The notes beneath the pieces are model-generated. The model was not told the DNA's origin, did not search any database, and was given only the letters and a program-made list of their open reading frames with translations. The translations under genes and the position numbers were made by a program. Shown here in pieces: positions 54,794 through 64,000 of a stretch of DNA of 64,000 bases. Origin of the DNA: Candidatus Marinacidobacterales bacterium (GTDB lineage: Bacteria; Acidobacteriota; Vicinamibacteria; Marinacidobacterales; SMYC01); NCBI GenBank assembly GCA_965237955.1, contig OZ250169.1, positions 1,024,001-1,088,000 of the forward strand, given 5' to 3'. Numbering within the stretch: position 1 is the first letter of the stretch; each line of letters opens with the position of its first letter.

Positions 54794-55013
54794 GAATAAC
54801 AGGGAATAACAGGGAATAACAGGGAATAACAGGGAATAACAGGGAATTTGGGCCATTTTTGTGCAGATCCGGCCGTTTTTTGACGTGGCAACCCTCTATA
54901 TTTCAAATGGTTAGATGGCAATTCCCTGTTCCGAAATAACAGGGAATTTCTGATGAAAGAACAGGGAAGTGGAAATCGGCGAACAGGGAATTGAGATGGA
55001 CGAATAGGGGAAT
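54794..55013. repeat. (GAATAACAGG)x5 tandem plus dispersed direct and inverted AACAGGGAA motifs
   Basis: Directly visible. Confidence 0.9.
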
Positions 55014-55317
55014 GTCAGAGCAGCACGTGAGGAGTTCCATTCGAGCACACGAATGGTTTTCTGCCTCTCCGTTCAAAAGAGTTGTGCTCCGCAAAAAGTC
55101 GATCCGGCGTTGATTGCGCGGGTTTCGCTATCGTTTGTGTTCTTGGACACGACGAGGTCGTGAGCGCTATTTTGGCTGTAACTTAATACACCGTAACGTC
55201 TTAGCGTCATCTCACCAACACTTAATAGCGGAAGCACCGCACAGGACGGGGAGAAACAGATAGGCCGCGCCTACGGAGCACCGCGCCAGCCCTCGACCCT
55301 ACCGGGAGCCCTCCCCC

Positions 55318-58224
55318 CTACATGCCTCCCCACCGGTAGTTGAGGCGCGTGTAGTAGTAGGTGCCATTGAAGCCAAACGGTGAGAACTGGCCGTATTGAT
55401 TGCCGACCGTGTCAGTGCCGAACCTGTTCACGTCGGGGTACGTGCCCAGCACGTTTTCACCGCCGACCACCAGGGTGACGGCATCGCCGAACGGAATGCC
55501 GAGTTCGAGGTCGAGCAACGCCTTGCCTGAATAGGCCGGGTACAGCCAGGGCTCCGCCGGTCCGCCAGCGACATCGACGGCATTCCGTCCATCTTCGCTG
55601 TCCCAGAACTGGCCGAAGTAGTTCAGCCGGCCCATCAGGCTCCACCGGTCGGCGCGGTGGATGGTGCTGACGTTCCATCGGGTATTCGGCAATCCCCGTT
55701 CCAGCGTGTTGATGCGGAATTCATCGATCACGGCGCTCTCGATATTCTTGACTGCTGTGTCCGTGTAGTTGAAGACCGCGCTGACCGTCGTGCGCCCGAC
55801 CGCCAGGCTCGCAATCAAGTCGAGACCCTGGGTTGTCGTCGAGAAGTCGTTCAGGAAGAACCGGAACACGGGGAAATTCCGCGCCTCGGGAATCCCTTCC
55901 TCAAGCAGCGTCAGGATCTCGGGCTCCGACAGTGCGATTTCCTGCGACAGGGCGACACGATCGTCAATATTGATCCGGAAGTAGTCGGCGGTGAAAGTGA
56001 ATGGGCCTTGCTCGAAGACCACGCCCGCGCTGACGTTGAGTGATTTTTCAGGCTGGAGCTGCCCGCCGCCCCGCGCGACGGCCACCGCGGAGGTAGCCGG
56101 GACGACGCCGTTGTTGGTCAACTGCCCGCCGATGAACGCAGTCGTCACGTTGAACGCGTGCTGCTGCCCTGGGGTCGGTGCCCGGAACCCGCTGCTCACG
56201 GCGCCACGCAGCGAGAACGCGTCGGTCAGTCCGACGCGCGCCGCGAGCTTGCCGTTCGTCGTTGTGCCGAAGTCCTCGAAGTTCTCGAACCGGACGGCCG
56301 TGCCGACCGTCCACTGGCCGCCCGGGTCGTTAAACTCGACGTCCCCGTAGACCGCCACGTTGCTGCGGTTCCAGCTGCCCGCCGTCGTGTCAGCTCGGTA
56401 ACCGTTGAAGCCGTTCGACCCGGAGCTAAAGCCCTGGGCGGCATACGGGCCGATCTCCCACGACGGCTGCCCGCCCGCGCCGATCGTGAACTGCTCGTCA
56501 CGCCACTCCGTGCCGCCCGCGACGTTCACCATGTCGCTGACCGGGTACGAGACGTCGAAGTTGATGTTGACGTCGTGCTGCCGGTAGCTGCCGGGCTTGA
56601 ACGACGTCGGCGTGTCGTAGCCGAGCGACGCGTTGACCGTATCAAAGATGAACTGATCGACTTGGCTGGTGCCGATGTTGATGCTCGTGTCCCAGTTGAG
56701 GCCGGTGCTTGAGAGCCGGCGCAGGCCGGCGACTACCGAATGGTCGATGAGGTCGCCGCCGAACTGCGGCGTGAACCCGCCGGGGAACCGGCTGTGGAGC
56801 GTGAAGCAGTTCGGGTCGGCCTCGACCTGCTGGAGGGCGGCCGCATCGGGGACGTTGCCGATGATCGGGACCGCGGGGCAGCCGCCGGCGCCCTTGACGC
56901 CGGTCTCGGCCCAGACCCGGTCGCCGACGAGCAGGGTCGGGAGGCCGTCGACCACGGGGCCGCGGAAGACCCCGCCGCGGGTATGCGGGTTCCGGAAGTA
57001 GAAGCCGCCAGTCACCGTGCGGCTCGCGTAGTTGGTGTGGCCGTAAAATTGCCATTGGTTCGCGAACAGATGACCGAAGTTGACGAACAGCTTCAGGTCG
57101 TCCTCGAGTTTCGGTGATCCCCAGACCTGGGCCGGGTTGCGCAGGTTCGTATTGCCGGCCTCGATGATGTTCTGCGCATCCGTGCGCTGAATGCTGCGGT
57201 TGGTCGGCCCGGCGTTGCCGTACTCCAGGCTGAGGTTCACGAACCCGGTCCTGCCGAGCGGCAGTCCGGCATTCGCGGCGACCGTGACCGCCTGCCCCCG
57301 GCCGCCGATCCCGTTGCAGGAATGCTTGATGTCGCCGATGATGCCCTCCCCGCAGGTGGACAGGCTACCCGGGTTCGCATCGAGGTAGGCGCCTGTGCGG
57401 AACTCCAGGCTGCCGCCCGAACGGGCATCCTTGAGCTGGAAGTTCATGACGCCGGCAATGGCATCCGAGCCGTATTGCGCCGCTGCGCCGTCGCGCAGCA
57501 CCTCGGCCTGCCGAATCGCAATCGAGGGGATGACGGAGAGATCCGGTCCCTGCGAACCATCCGCGATGCCGTTGCCAAGCCAGGTGATGACCGCCGCGCG
57601 GTGGCGGCGCTTGCCGTTGACTAGGATCAGCGTGTGATCCGGCGCCAAATTGCGCAGGGACGCTGGCCGGACGATGGTCGCCGCGTCGCTGATCGGTTGA
57701 ATGCTGATGTTGAACGAGGGGATGACGGTCCGCAACTGCTCGCCCAGGTCCGTACTGCCCTGGCTGGCGAAATCCTCGCTTCGGATGACGTCGATCGGCA
57801 CGGCCGAGTCGGTCACCGACCGCGGCTGGGCACGGGTCCCGACAACGACCACCAGTTCTTCAAATCCTCCGACCGCCATCTCCACGTTGATGGAGGCCGT
57901 GGCGCCGGCGCTCACCTCCACCACCTGCGCGGGCGCGGTGAAGCCGGAGAGAGTGAACGTCACGCCGTATGTCCCCGGGGCGAGACCGCTGAACGTGAAC
58001 TGGCCAGTCCCGTCGGTGACGGTCACCCGCCCGCTGCCCGCCGCGTCCCGCGCTTCCACGGTGACGCCGGGGAGAATGCTGCCCGTGGCGTCGGTAACCG
58101 TCCCGGAGATCGTCGCGTCCTGGGCGTTGGCAACGCCGGGCGCGTACACGACGGCAGCGAAAACCAGCACCAGCAAAAGGAAAGCCGGTCTGTGATTGCA
58201 AAGTGTCAACATTTGTCGCTCCAT
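55318..58224 (-). CDS. TonB-dependent receptor with N-terminal carboxypeptidase-regulatory-like domain
   Basis: ISGTVTDATG, VVVVGTR, LILVNGKRRH, DGAAAQYGSDAIAGV, SGFRAP. Confidence 0.95.
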   Translation of the reverse strand: MERQMLTLCNHRPAFLLLVLVFAAVVYAPGVANAQDATISGTVTDATGSILPGVTVEARDAAGSGRVTVTDGTGQFTFSGLAPGTYGVTFTLSGFTAPAQVVEVSAGATASINVEMAVGGFEELVVVVGTRAQPRSVTDSAVPIDVIRSEDFASQGSTDLGEQLRTVIPSFNISIQPISDAATIVRPASLRNLAPDHTLILVNGKRRHRAAVITWLGNGIADGSQGPDLSVIPSIAIRQAEVLRDGAAAQYGSDAIAGVMNFQLKDARSGGSLEFRTGAYLDANPGSLSTCGEGIIGDIKHSCNGIGGRGQAVTVAANAGLPLGRTGFVNLSLEYGNAGPTNRSIQRTDAQNIIEAGNTNLRNPAQVWGSPKLEDDLKLFVNFGHLFANQWQFYGHTNYASRTVTGGFYFRNPHTRGGVFRGPVVDGLPTLLVGDRVWAETGVKGAGGCPAVPIIGNVPDAAALQQVEADPNCFTLHSRFPGGFTPQFGGDLIDHSVVAGLRRLSSTGLNWDTSINIGTSQVDQFIFDTVNASLGYDTPTSFKPGSYRQHDVNINFDVSYPVSDMVNVAGGTEWRDEQFTIGAGGQPSWEIGPYAAQGFSSGSNGFNGYRADTTAGSWNRSNVAVYGDVEFNDPGGQWTVGTAVRFENFEDFGTTTNGKLAARVGLTDAFSLRGAVSSGFRAPTPGQQHAFNVTTAFIGGQLTNNGVVPATSAVAVARGGGQLQPEKSLNVSAGVVFEQGPFTFTADYFRINIDDRVALSQEIALSEPEILTLLEEGIPEARNFPVFRFFLNDFSTTTQGLDLIASLAVGRTTVSAVFNYTDTAVKNIESAVIDEFRINTLERGLPNTRWNVSTIHRADRWSLMGRLNYFGQFWDSEDGRNAVDVAGGPAEPWLYPAYSGKALLDLELGIPFGDAVTLVVGGENVLGTYPDVNRFGTDTVGNQYGQFSPFGFNGTYYYTRLNYRWGGM

Positions 58225-58464
58225 TTGTCGCTAGAAAAGCCGACGGCCTGTTTCGTTTGGAACCGGGGTATTGTCAAGTTTCAGGGTGCTTGCGCTGTTT
58301 GCTGTTGGTGATGTGTACGTATCCCTTTGCAAAAAAAGCGCTTACACTCCATTTAGCGTGCGGCGAAGGTCGCGAGCGCTATTTTTGGCTGTAATTATCA
58401 CAGGTAAACCCCGGCTCTGCCGGGGGTGACTCACAGAGGTTTGACCGTGTGAGGCAGTAATAAC

Positions 58465-60180
58465 GGTTCTCCTGTCGTTTCGGGGGATCTGATTTGTGTT
58501 GGAGGGCATGGCCTATGGACGCTGCCGCGATTGTGGAAAACGCCGGAAACTCCGGGCGAGAGAGGCGTTTAGGGAAAGGTTGTGAGCACGTACAAACGTG
58601 GAGCGGCGTTTTCCACAATCGCTTGGAAAACGCTTCGCGTTTCCCACGAGCGCCCACAGGCCCCACCTGATATATATACAAGAAAGATTAATTCATATGG
58701 AATAAGGAAGGGGGGGCTCGATTAGTGGAGGCTATGGAAAACGCCCTTCCAGGCTTCGAAGAGAACTCAGTCGTGAGCAAGGTCTGAACGACCAGAACCG
58801 TGGGGGCGTTTCCCACAGCCTTGTCTCCCGCTGAGGGGCAGTGGCATTTGGTGAGGCCCGTGGGTTGAGAGGGTAAGCCATGTGTAGATGCGCATCGGCG
58901 AGAACGCTAGAATCTTTTTTTCCGAAAGAGAAAAGAGCGTTCCCGCGATGCGCGTTACTACGTTAGTCAACAAGCTCATCGGATTGCAAGGCCTGTGGGT
59001 CCGAGGTTTCCACTTCCAGGCGGACAAAGCCAGAGTGGTGGTGGATGTAGTACCACGGAGGAGGAAGCCTCTGTGCGGGATTTGCGGACGAAAGGTCCGC
59101 AAGAACAAAGATCGCTACAATCGCTACTGGCGGCACTTGGACCTGTTCGGAGTCCGGACCTATCTTCGCTACTCGATCCGACGAGTGGTATGTCGGCGGT
59201 GTGGAGTGGTCAGAGAAAAGGTGCCTTGGGCAGACAAGGGAAGCCGCTTTACCAAAAGCTTCGAACAAGAGGTAGCGTGGCTGGCACAGAGGACGGACGT
59301 CAGCGCCGTAGCGAACTATTTCCGAGTGACGTGGCGTTCGGTGCGACGGATCATCCAGCGAGTGGTTGCCGAGCAGCGGGATGAGCGGCGCGAGCTCGAT
59401 GGATTGCGGGTGATTGGGATGGACGAGATCAGCTACCGCAAACGCCACAAGTACTTAACAGTGGTAATAGACCATCTCAGCGGCCGGGTCGTCTGGGCGG
59501 GAAAGGAGCGCAAGGCCAAGACGCTGCTGCTGTTTTTCCGCAAGCTCGGACCACAAAGAGCCGCGGAGCTCGAAGCGGTCAGCATGGACATGTGGGAGCC
59601 GTACATAACTGTCGTCGGCAAAAAGGCTCCTCAGGCACGGGTGATCTTTGACCGCTTCCACATCGTCAAGCATCTGAACGAGGCCGTGGATAAGACCCGG
59701 CGCGAGCTGGTGCGCGAGCTCAAAGGGACTGCCCGGCGCAACCTCAAGAACACCAAGTTTCCCCTTCTCAAGGCCAAACACAACCGCAGCGCGAAAGACA
59801 AACGGGTGCTCCGCGAGCAGGTGCGAGCTAATCGTCGCCTCTACCGCGCCATGCTTCTGCGCGACGACTTCATGGACCTCTACACCTACAAAACCGAGAC
59901 ATGGGCCAAGAAGTTTCTCCGAGGATGGCTGCGGCGCGCTATGAGCTCGAGGATAGAGCCCGTCAAACGCGCGGCGAAGATGAGCAGCCACTTCGATGGC
60001 GTCATCGCGTGGGTCACGTGGAGACTCAGCAACGGCCGACTCGAAGGAATGAACAACAAAATCAGGCTGCTGAGCCACCGCAGCTTTGGACTCCACTCTG
60101 CCGAAGCTCTCATCAGTCTCGTCTACCTAAACTGTGGCGGTCTCACCCTCGAGAGGATCCACTGAAATGGCAGGAGAGGC
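58465..60180 (+). mobile_element. ISL3-family element, copy 2
   Basis: 8-bp TSD GTAATAAC; 3 bp shorter than copy 1. Confidence 0.95.
58948..60165 (+). CDS. ISL3 transposase
   Basis: Near-identical to 36950-38170. Confidence 0.95.
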   Translation: MRVTTLVNKLIGLQGLWVRGFHFQADKARVVVDVVPRRRKPLCGICGRKVRKNKDRYNRYWRHLDLFGVRTYLRYSIRRVVCRRCGVVREKVPWADKGSRFTKSFEQEVAWLAQRTDVSAVANYFRVTWRSVRRIIQRVVAEQRDERRELDGLRVIGMDEISYRKRHKYLTVVIDHLSGRVVWAGKERKAKTLLLFFRKLGPQRAAELEAVSMDMWEPYITVVGKKAPQARVIFDRFHIVKHLNEAVDKTRRELVRELKGTARRNLKNTKFPLLKAKHNRSAKDKRVLREQVRANRRLYRAMLLRDDFMDLYTYKTETWAKKFLRGWLRRAMSSRIEPVKRAAKMSSHFDGVIAWVTWRLSNGRLEGMNNKIRLLSHRSFGLHSAEALISLVYLNCGGLTLERIH

Positions 60181-60233
60181 GTAATAACAAAGTCCTCCTT
60201 AGAAAGCGCCAACTTCCAAACAAGGAGGACTCA

Positions 60234-60758
60234 ATGAAAAACTACGAAAGCCTATCGCACACGCGGTACGACTGCAAATACCATGTTGTCTTTATCCCCA
60301 AATACCGACGGAAGAAAATCTACGGGGCGATTCGGCGGCATCTGGGAGAGATTTTTCACGAGCTGGCGAAGCAGAAGGAAAGTCGCATCTTGGAAGGGCA
60401 TTTGAAGGGCGGTCACGTCCACATGTGCATCAGCATTCCACCGAAGTTTGCGGTGTCGAGTGTGGTGGGCTTCATGAAGGGGAAAAGCGCAATTTCGATA
60501 GCTCGAAACTTCCTGGGGCGCAAGCGTAACTTCACGGGGGAGAGTTTCTGGGCGAGGGGCTACTTCGTGTCCACGGTAGGTTTGGATGAAGAAGTTGTTC
60601 GTGAATACATCCGGCACCAAGAAAAGGAGGATCAACGCCTAGAGCAGCTGAATCTGGTTTGGTCGGCCAAGAATGCGTATTCCAGCCATCGTGAACGCCG
60701 AATCCAGAGCAAGCTGAACAGCGAATCCGGTGAAGCCGAACGCTCATCGAAGCGATGA
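60234..60758 (+). CDS. tnpA: IS200/IS605 HUH transposase TnpA; C-terminus reads into the IS21 end
   Basis: CKYHVVFIPKYRR, HVHM, FWARGYFVSTVG, YIRHQE. Confidence 0.9.
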   Translation: MKNYESLSHTRYDCKYHVVFIPKYRRKKIYGAIRRHLGEIFHELAKQKESRILEGHLKGGHVHMCISIPPKFAVSSVVGFMKGKSAISIARNFLGRKRNFTGESFWARGYFVSTVGLDEEVVREYIRHQEKEDQRLEQLNLVWSAKNAYSSHRERRIQSKLNSESGEAERSSKR

Positions 60759-61085
60759 AGTGTTGGGTGACCTCCTTTCCACTGATTGAAAACGTGAACC
60801 TATCTTACCTGCGTGTTGTGTAGCAAGGGGCGGCAGGTCGGTGCCGGAGGGAGCGGGCGTAAGGAAAGACGCGAAGCGACCTTCCCGCTCCCGTAGGCAG
60901 CGACCTGCCGCGGCCGAACCCCGGGCGATGTGGGGCTGGTTTCGGGGGGTTGCTGGGGTATGGCCTGGCTCGAGAAGACGCTTCCTGAGGCATTCTCGCG
61001 CGTCGTTTTGGCGCCGCATCGTCTGGCCCCGGGTTTGGCGGTTTCACCCGTTTTTATCGCATCGACGCTGTGGTCCCTCGCTCGC

Positions 61086-61844
61086 TCATGCATCGGCGTT
61101 GTCAAATGCCTTTGGCGCAGCCTTGGTCTTTCTCAGAGAAGCTCCTTTGAGAGTGATGCGGTGCGCGCTGTGGAGAATGCGATCGCAGATAGCGTCTGCC
61201 TGGTTTGGGTCGCCAATCGCTTCGTGCCACTGCTTGAGCGGAATCTGGGTCGCGATGAGTGTGGAGCCACGCTCGGCGCGGTCTTCGATGACCTCCATTA
61301 GATCCCGTCTCTCCGATTCTTTCAGCGGGTGAAGCAGCCAATCATCGATAGCCAGTAAGTCCAGCTTGGCGAGTTTCGTCAAAAGCCGGGCGTAGGAACC
61401 ATCACCACGAGCGACCGCGAGCTCGTGGAGCAAGCGCGGTGCTCGCACGTAGCATCCGGTGAAGCCGCGACGACAGGCCCGCTCCACGAAGGCGCAAGCC
61501 AAGAACGATTTGCCAATCCCCGTCGGGCCGGTGATGAGCAGGTTATGGCGCTCACCGACAAAGCGGCAGTTGCCCAGGCTCAAGATCTGTTCGCGGTTTA
61601 AGCCTCGAGGCGCTTGGAAGTTCACGTTCTCCAAACATGCCGGATAGCGGAGCTTTGCCGCTCGCAGTCGTCGAGAAAGCTTACGCTGTTCGCGGGCGGT
61701 CCACTCGGCATCGACCAGGAGTCCCACACGTTCCTCGAAGCTCAGCTCCTTGTATTCGCTCGAGCTCAACTGGGTTTCGAACGCGGACACCAAGCCGAAC
61801 AACTTCATGGCGTTCATCTTTTCTATCGTTTCGGGTGTCAGCAT
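61086..61844 (-). CDS. istB: IS21 helper ATPase IstB
   Basis: Same protein as copy 1. Confidence 0.95.
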   Translation of the reverse strand: MLTPETIEKMNAMKLFGLVSAFETQLSSSEYKELSFEERVGLLVDAEWTAREQRKLSRRLRAAKLRYPACLENVNFQAPRGLNREQILSLGNCRFVGERHNLLITGPTGIGKSFLACAFVERACRRGFTGCYVRAPRLLHELAVARGDGSYARLLTKLAKLDLLAIDDWLLHPLKESERRDLMEVIEDRAERGSTLIATQIPLKQWHEAIGDPNQADAICDRILHSAHRITLKGASLRKTKAAPKAFDNADA

Positions 61845-63394
61845 CGGGACTCTCCTCCTTCGTAGTGATCCGCGCCTCGGATGTTCTCGTGCTCCTCTCG
61901 CGGTTTCGCTTCGGCGTCCGATTCGAGCACCACACGATCCAGACCAGCCGAGAGAATGTTTTTCACCGTGCGATAGCTGTAAGAGCTCAAAGCTTCCGCT
62001 CGTGCGCAAGCGGCCTCGAGACGCTCACTGCCCCAGCGGCTGCCTAGTCGCATGACTCCCAGGCAAGAGCGAAATCCCTGCTCCGGGTGAGGCCGACTCT
62101 CTAGAATCCCCGCAACCAGCCTTCCCGTGGCGCGACCTGACTGCTCCGCCCAGTGGAGCAGCCGCGACGGCGTCCACTCCAGGTGCTCCCGATGCGAACG
62201 TGGCATATGCTCCGGGTTCGTGGAGTAGTGCCCCTTTCCTTTCTTGCGGGGATGCGACGCGACGCGCTTTCCCTTGAACAGGACCTCCACCACCGAGGCC
62301 GTCACCCGTGCCTCGACTTTCTCGTGAATGAGCTGATAGGGAACGCTGTACAAGTTGTTCTCCACCTCCACGTGGTAGTCGATGTTCACTCTGCACCGCT
62401 TCCACGTCGATAACTCGTAGCTCTCCTGCGGTAGCGGTTTCAGTACGGGCCGGTCTAGCCTTTCGTACAACTCCCGCCGACTCACACCGAGCTTCTGCAT
62501 CGGACGCGCATTCAGGACCTCTAACTTCTCCCAGATGGCTTCGTTCAGTTCCGCCAGGCTGAAGAACGTGCGATGACGAAGCACCGCCAGGATCCAGCGC
62601 TGCGCCACCTGCACTGCCGACTCCACCTTCGCTTTGTCTTTCGGCTTGAACACCCGAGCCGGGACCACAACCGCACCGTAATGCGTCGCCAGCTCTTCGT
62701 ACGTCCGGTTGATCCCTGGCTCGTAACGGTCCACCAAATCCACGCCGCTCTTCAAGTTGTCCGGAACCCAGATCTCCGTACTGCCACCGAAGTAATCCGA
62801 CATCCCCTTATGGGCCTTCGCCCACGATTCCAGCGGCTGGTTCAGTGTCGCTTCGACGTAGGTGTAACTGCTCGCGCCCAACGTCCCGACGAACAGCTCC
62901 ATTTCGACGAGCTCTCCCGTTTTCGGATCGACGATGTGAGGCTTCTTCCCCGAAAAATCGACGAATGTCTTCTCGCCTGCTCGATGCCGTTGACGCATCG
63001 TCGGGTTCAGCTTCTTCTTCCACTGACCGTACAGCTCGCAATAACGGCTGTAGCCGTACGCTCCCGGCTTATTCTCCGCGTACTCCACCCACAGCTGCAG
63101 CAACGTCAGCTCTCGGTGACGCCTCAGCTCCTCGTGGATGTGGGCATAGTCCAGACCCGGCCGTGCGCCAGACGAGCCCGGCGGCGGAAACAGCCCTGCC
63201 TCCAGCTCCCCGTCGCTCAGCTCCTCCGGGAGCGGCCAGCTCAGACCACCCTTCTTCGCCTTGGCCAGGTACTCACTCACCGTTCCAACCGCCACGCGAA
63301 GTGCCTTTGCGATCATGCGGTGAGTAAAACCCAGCTCGTACTTTAACCTTAGAACCTCTCGTATTTTTCTCATCGATAACCTCTTAGCTGCCAT
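61838..63394 (-). CDS. istA: IS21 transposase IstA
   Basis: A few substitutions relative to copy 1. Confidence 0.95.
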   Translation of the reverse strand: MAAKRLSMRKIREVLRLKYELGFTHRMIAKALRVAVGTVSEYLAKAKKGGLSWPLPEELSDGELEAGLFPPPGSSGARPGLDYAHIHEELRRHRELTLLQLWVEYAENKPGAYGYSRYCELYGQWKKKLNPTMRQRHRAGEKTFVDFSGKKPHIVDPKTGELVEMELFVGTLGASSYTYVEATLNQPLESWAKAHKGMSDYFGGSTEIWVPDNLKSGVDLVDRYEPGINRTYEELATHYGAVVVPARVFKPKDKAKVESAVQVAQRWILAVLRHRTFFSLAELNEAIWEKLEVLNARPMQKLGVSRRELYERLDRPVLKPLPQESYELSTWKRCRVNIDYHVEVENNLYSVPYQLIHEKVEARVTASVVEVLFKGKRVASHPRKKGKGHYSTNPEHMPRSHREHLEWTPSRLLHWAEQSGRATGRLVAGILESRPHPEQGFRSCLGVMRLGSRWGSERLEAACARAEALSSYSYRTVKNILSAGLDRVVLESDAEAKPREEHENIRGADHYEGGESRC

Positions 63395-64000
63395 TTCCTG
63401 GATCGTCCTCCTTCCGGGTACGACCTAGAGTTGCCTTGAAACGTGCTATCGATGAGCGTTCGCGATGCCGGAACCGGCGTTCACGTTGCCTGGAATCCGT
63501 GTTCACCTTCCCCGGAATCGATGTTCACGATCCCCGGAATCCGTGTTCACGATGCTTTGGAATGGATGTTCACCTTCGGCTGGAATCTGCGTTCACGATG
63601 CCCCGGAATACGCACCTTACCTCTATCTACCGCGCCAGCCCCCGACCCTACCGGGCTTGAGCGCACCGCGCTGCCAACATCTTGGGGGCGGTTCGGCCCT
63701 GAATGCCTCACTTGACAGCAACGGCACCGCCCGCGTGGGCGGAGGTCATCGGGGAGTGACCGAAATCGTTCGTTCACTCGAAAGTACCGACCGACAGGTT
63801 GTCAGAAGTGGTACGTCAGACTCAGGCTGAAACCGAGCAGTGTCATGTCGTCTGTCGTTATGGTTCCTGATACCGGTTCGCTCCCGTCCCTGCGTACATT
63901 CGGCACGTGGCTGCGTAACGGAATCCATTCAATACCGTCGTCACGGAAGGATGAGAAGTTGACCCAGCGGCCCTTCACCCCTAGAGACACAGATTCCGTC

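Larger units (their letters stand above)
58404..60673 (+). mobile_element. IS200-like element interrupted by ISL3 and truncated by IS21
   Basis: Left hairpin CCCCGGC-tct-GCCGGGG; GTCCTCCTT/AAGGAGGAC hairpin over the RBS. Confidence 0.75.
60674..63614 (-). mobile_element. IS21-family element, copy 2
   Basis: Inverted near-identical copy of 7123-10065; no TSD. Confidence 0.95.

Noticed and set aside
54794-54847. Tandem 10-mer as CRISPR
   Set aside because: Contiguous repeats with no spacers.
59901-60233. N-terminal extension on IS200 TnpA
   Set aside because: Off-frame ISL3 sequence; the RBS-supported start is 60234.

Overview
A GC-rich bacterial region that is mostly mobile DNA and its debris. 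The host genes (TonB-dependent receptors, Ser/Thr kinase, PQQ propeller, DUF3014, YtcJ-like amidohydrolase) suggest Acidobacteriota/Vicinamibacteria; this is inference. Mobile content: two IS21, two ISL3 with 8-bp TSDs, one IS3 (IS51-like), one IS630, one full and three defective IS5/IS903-like copies, IS200, fragments of IS1595, ISAzo13 and IS66, a broken group IIC intron, a split DUF2924-serine recombinase module, several MITEs, and many copies of poorly classified rve-integrase elements with TGT-type termini. Other genes include higBA, a NucS-like nuclease, MUG, lgt, an S1-domain protein, FMN glutamate synthase, pap, an S9 peptidase and a GH32. Most notable: (1) a portable unit of MITE-like promoter, RBS, signal peptide and Pro/Asn linker fused in frame to two unrelated foreign-looking hydrolase bodies (40.7-41.0 kb and 46.9-47.2 kb); (2) more than a dozen orphan CGTCCTGTGCCAAAACTCG-type transposon ends, co-oriented and delimiting unrelated cargo in a cassette-like array at 19.6-27.3 kb; (3) two reconstructable IS-mediated inversions, splitting a ParB-HATPase-like gene and a serine recombinase. 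All calls come from reading the sequence by eye; no searches were run.
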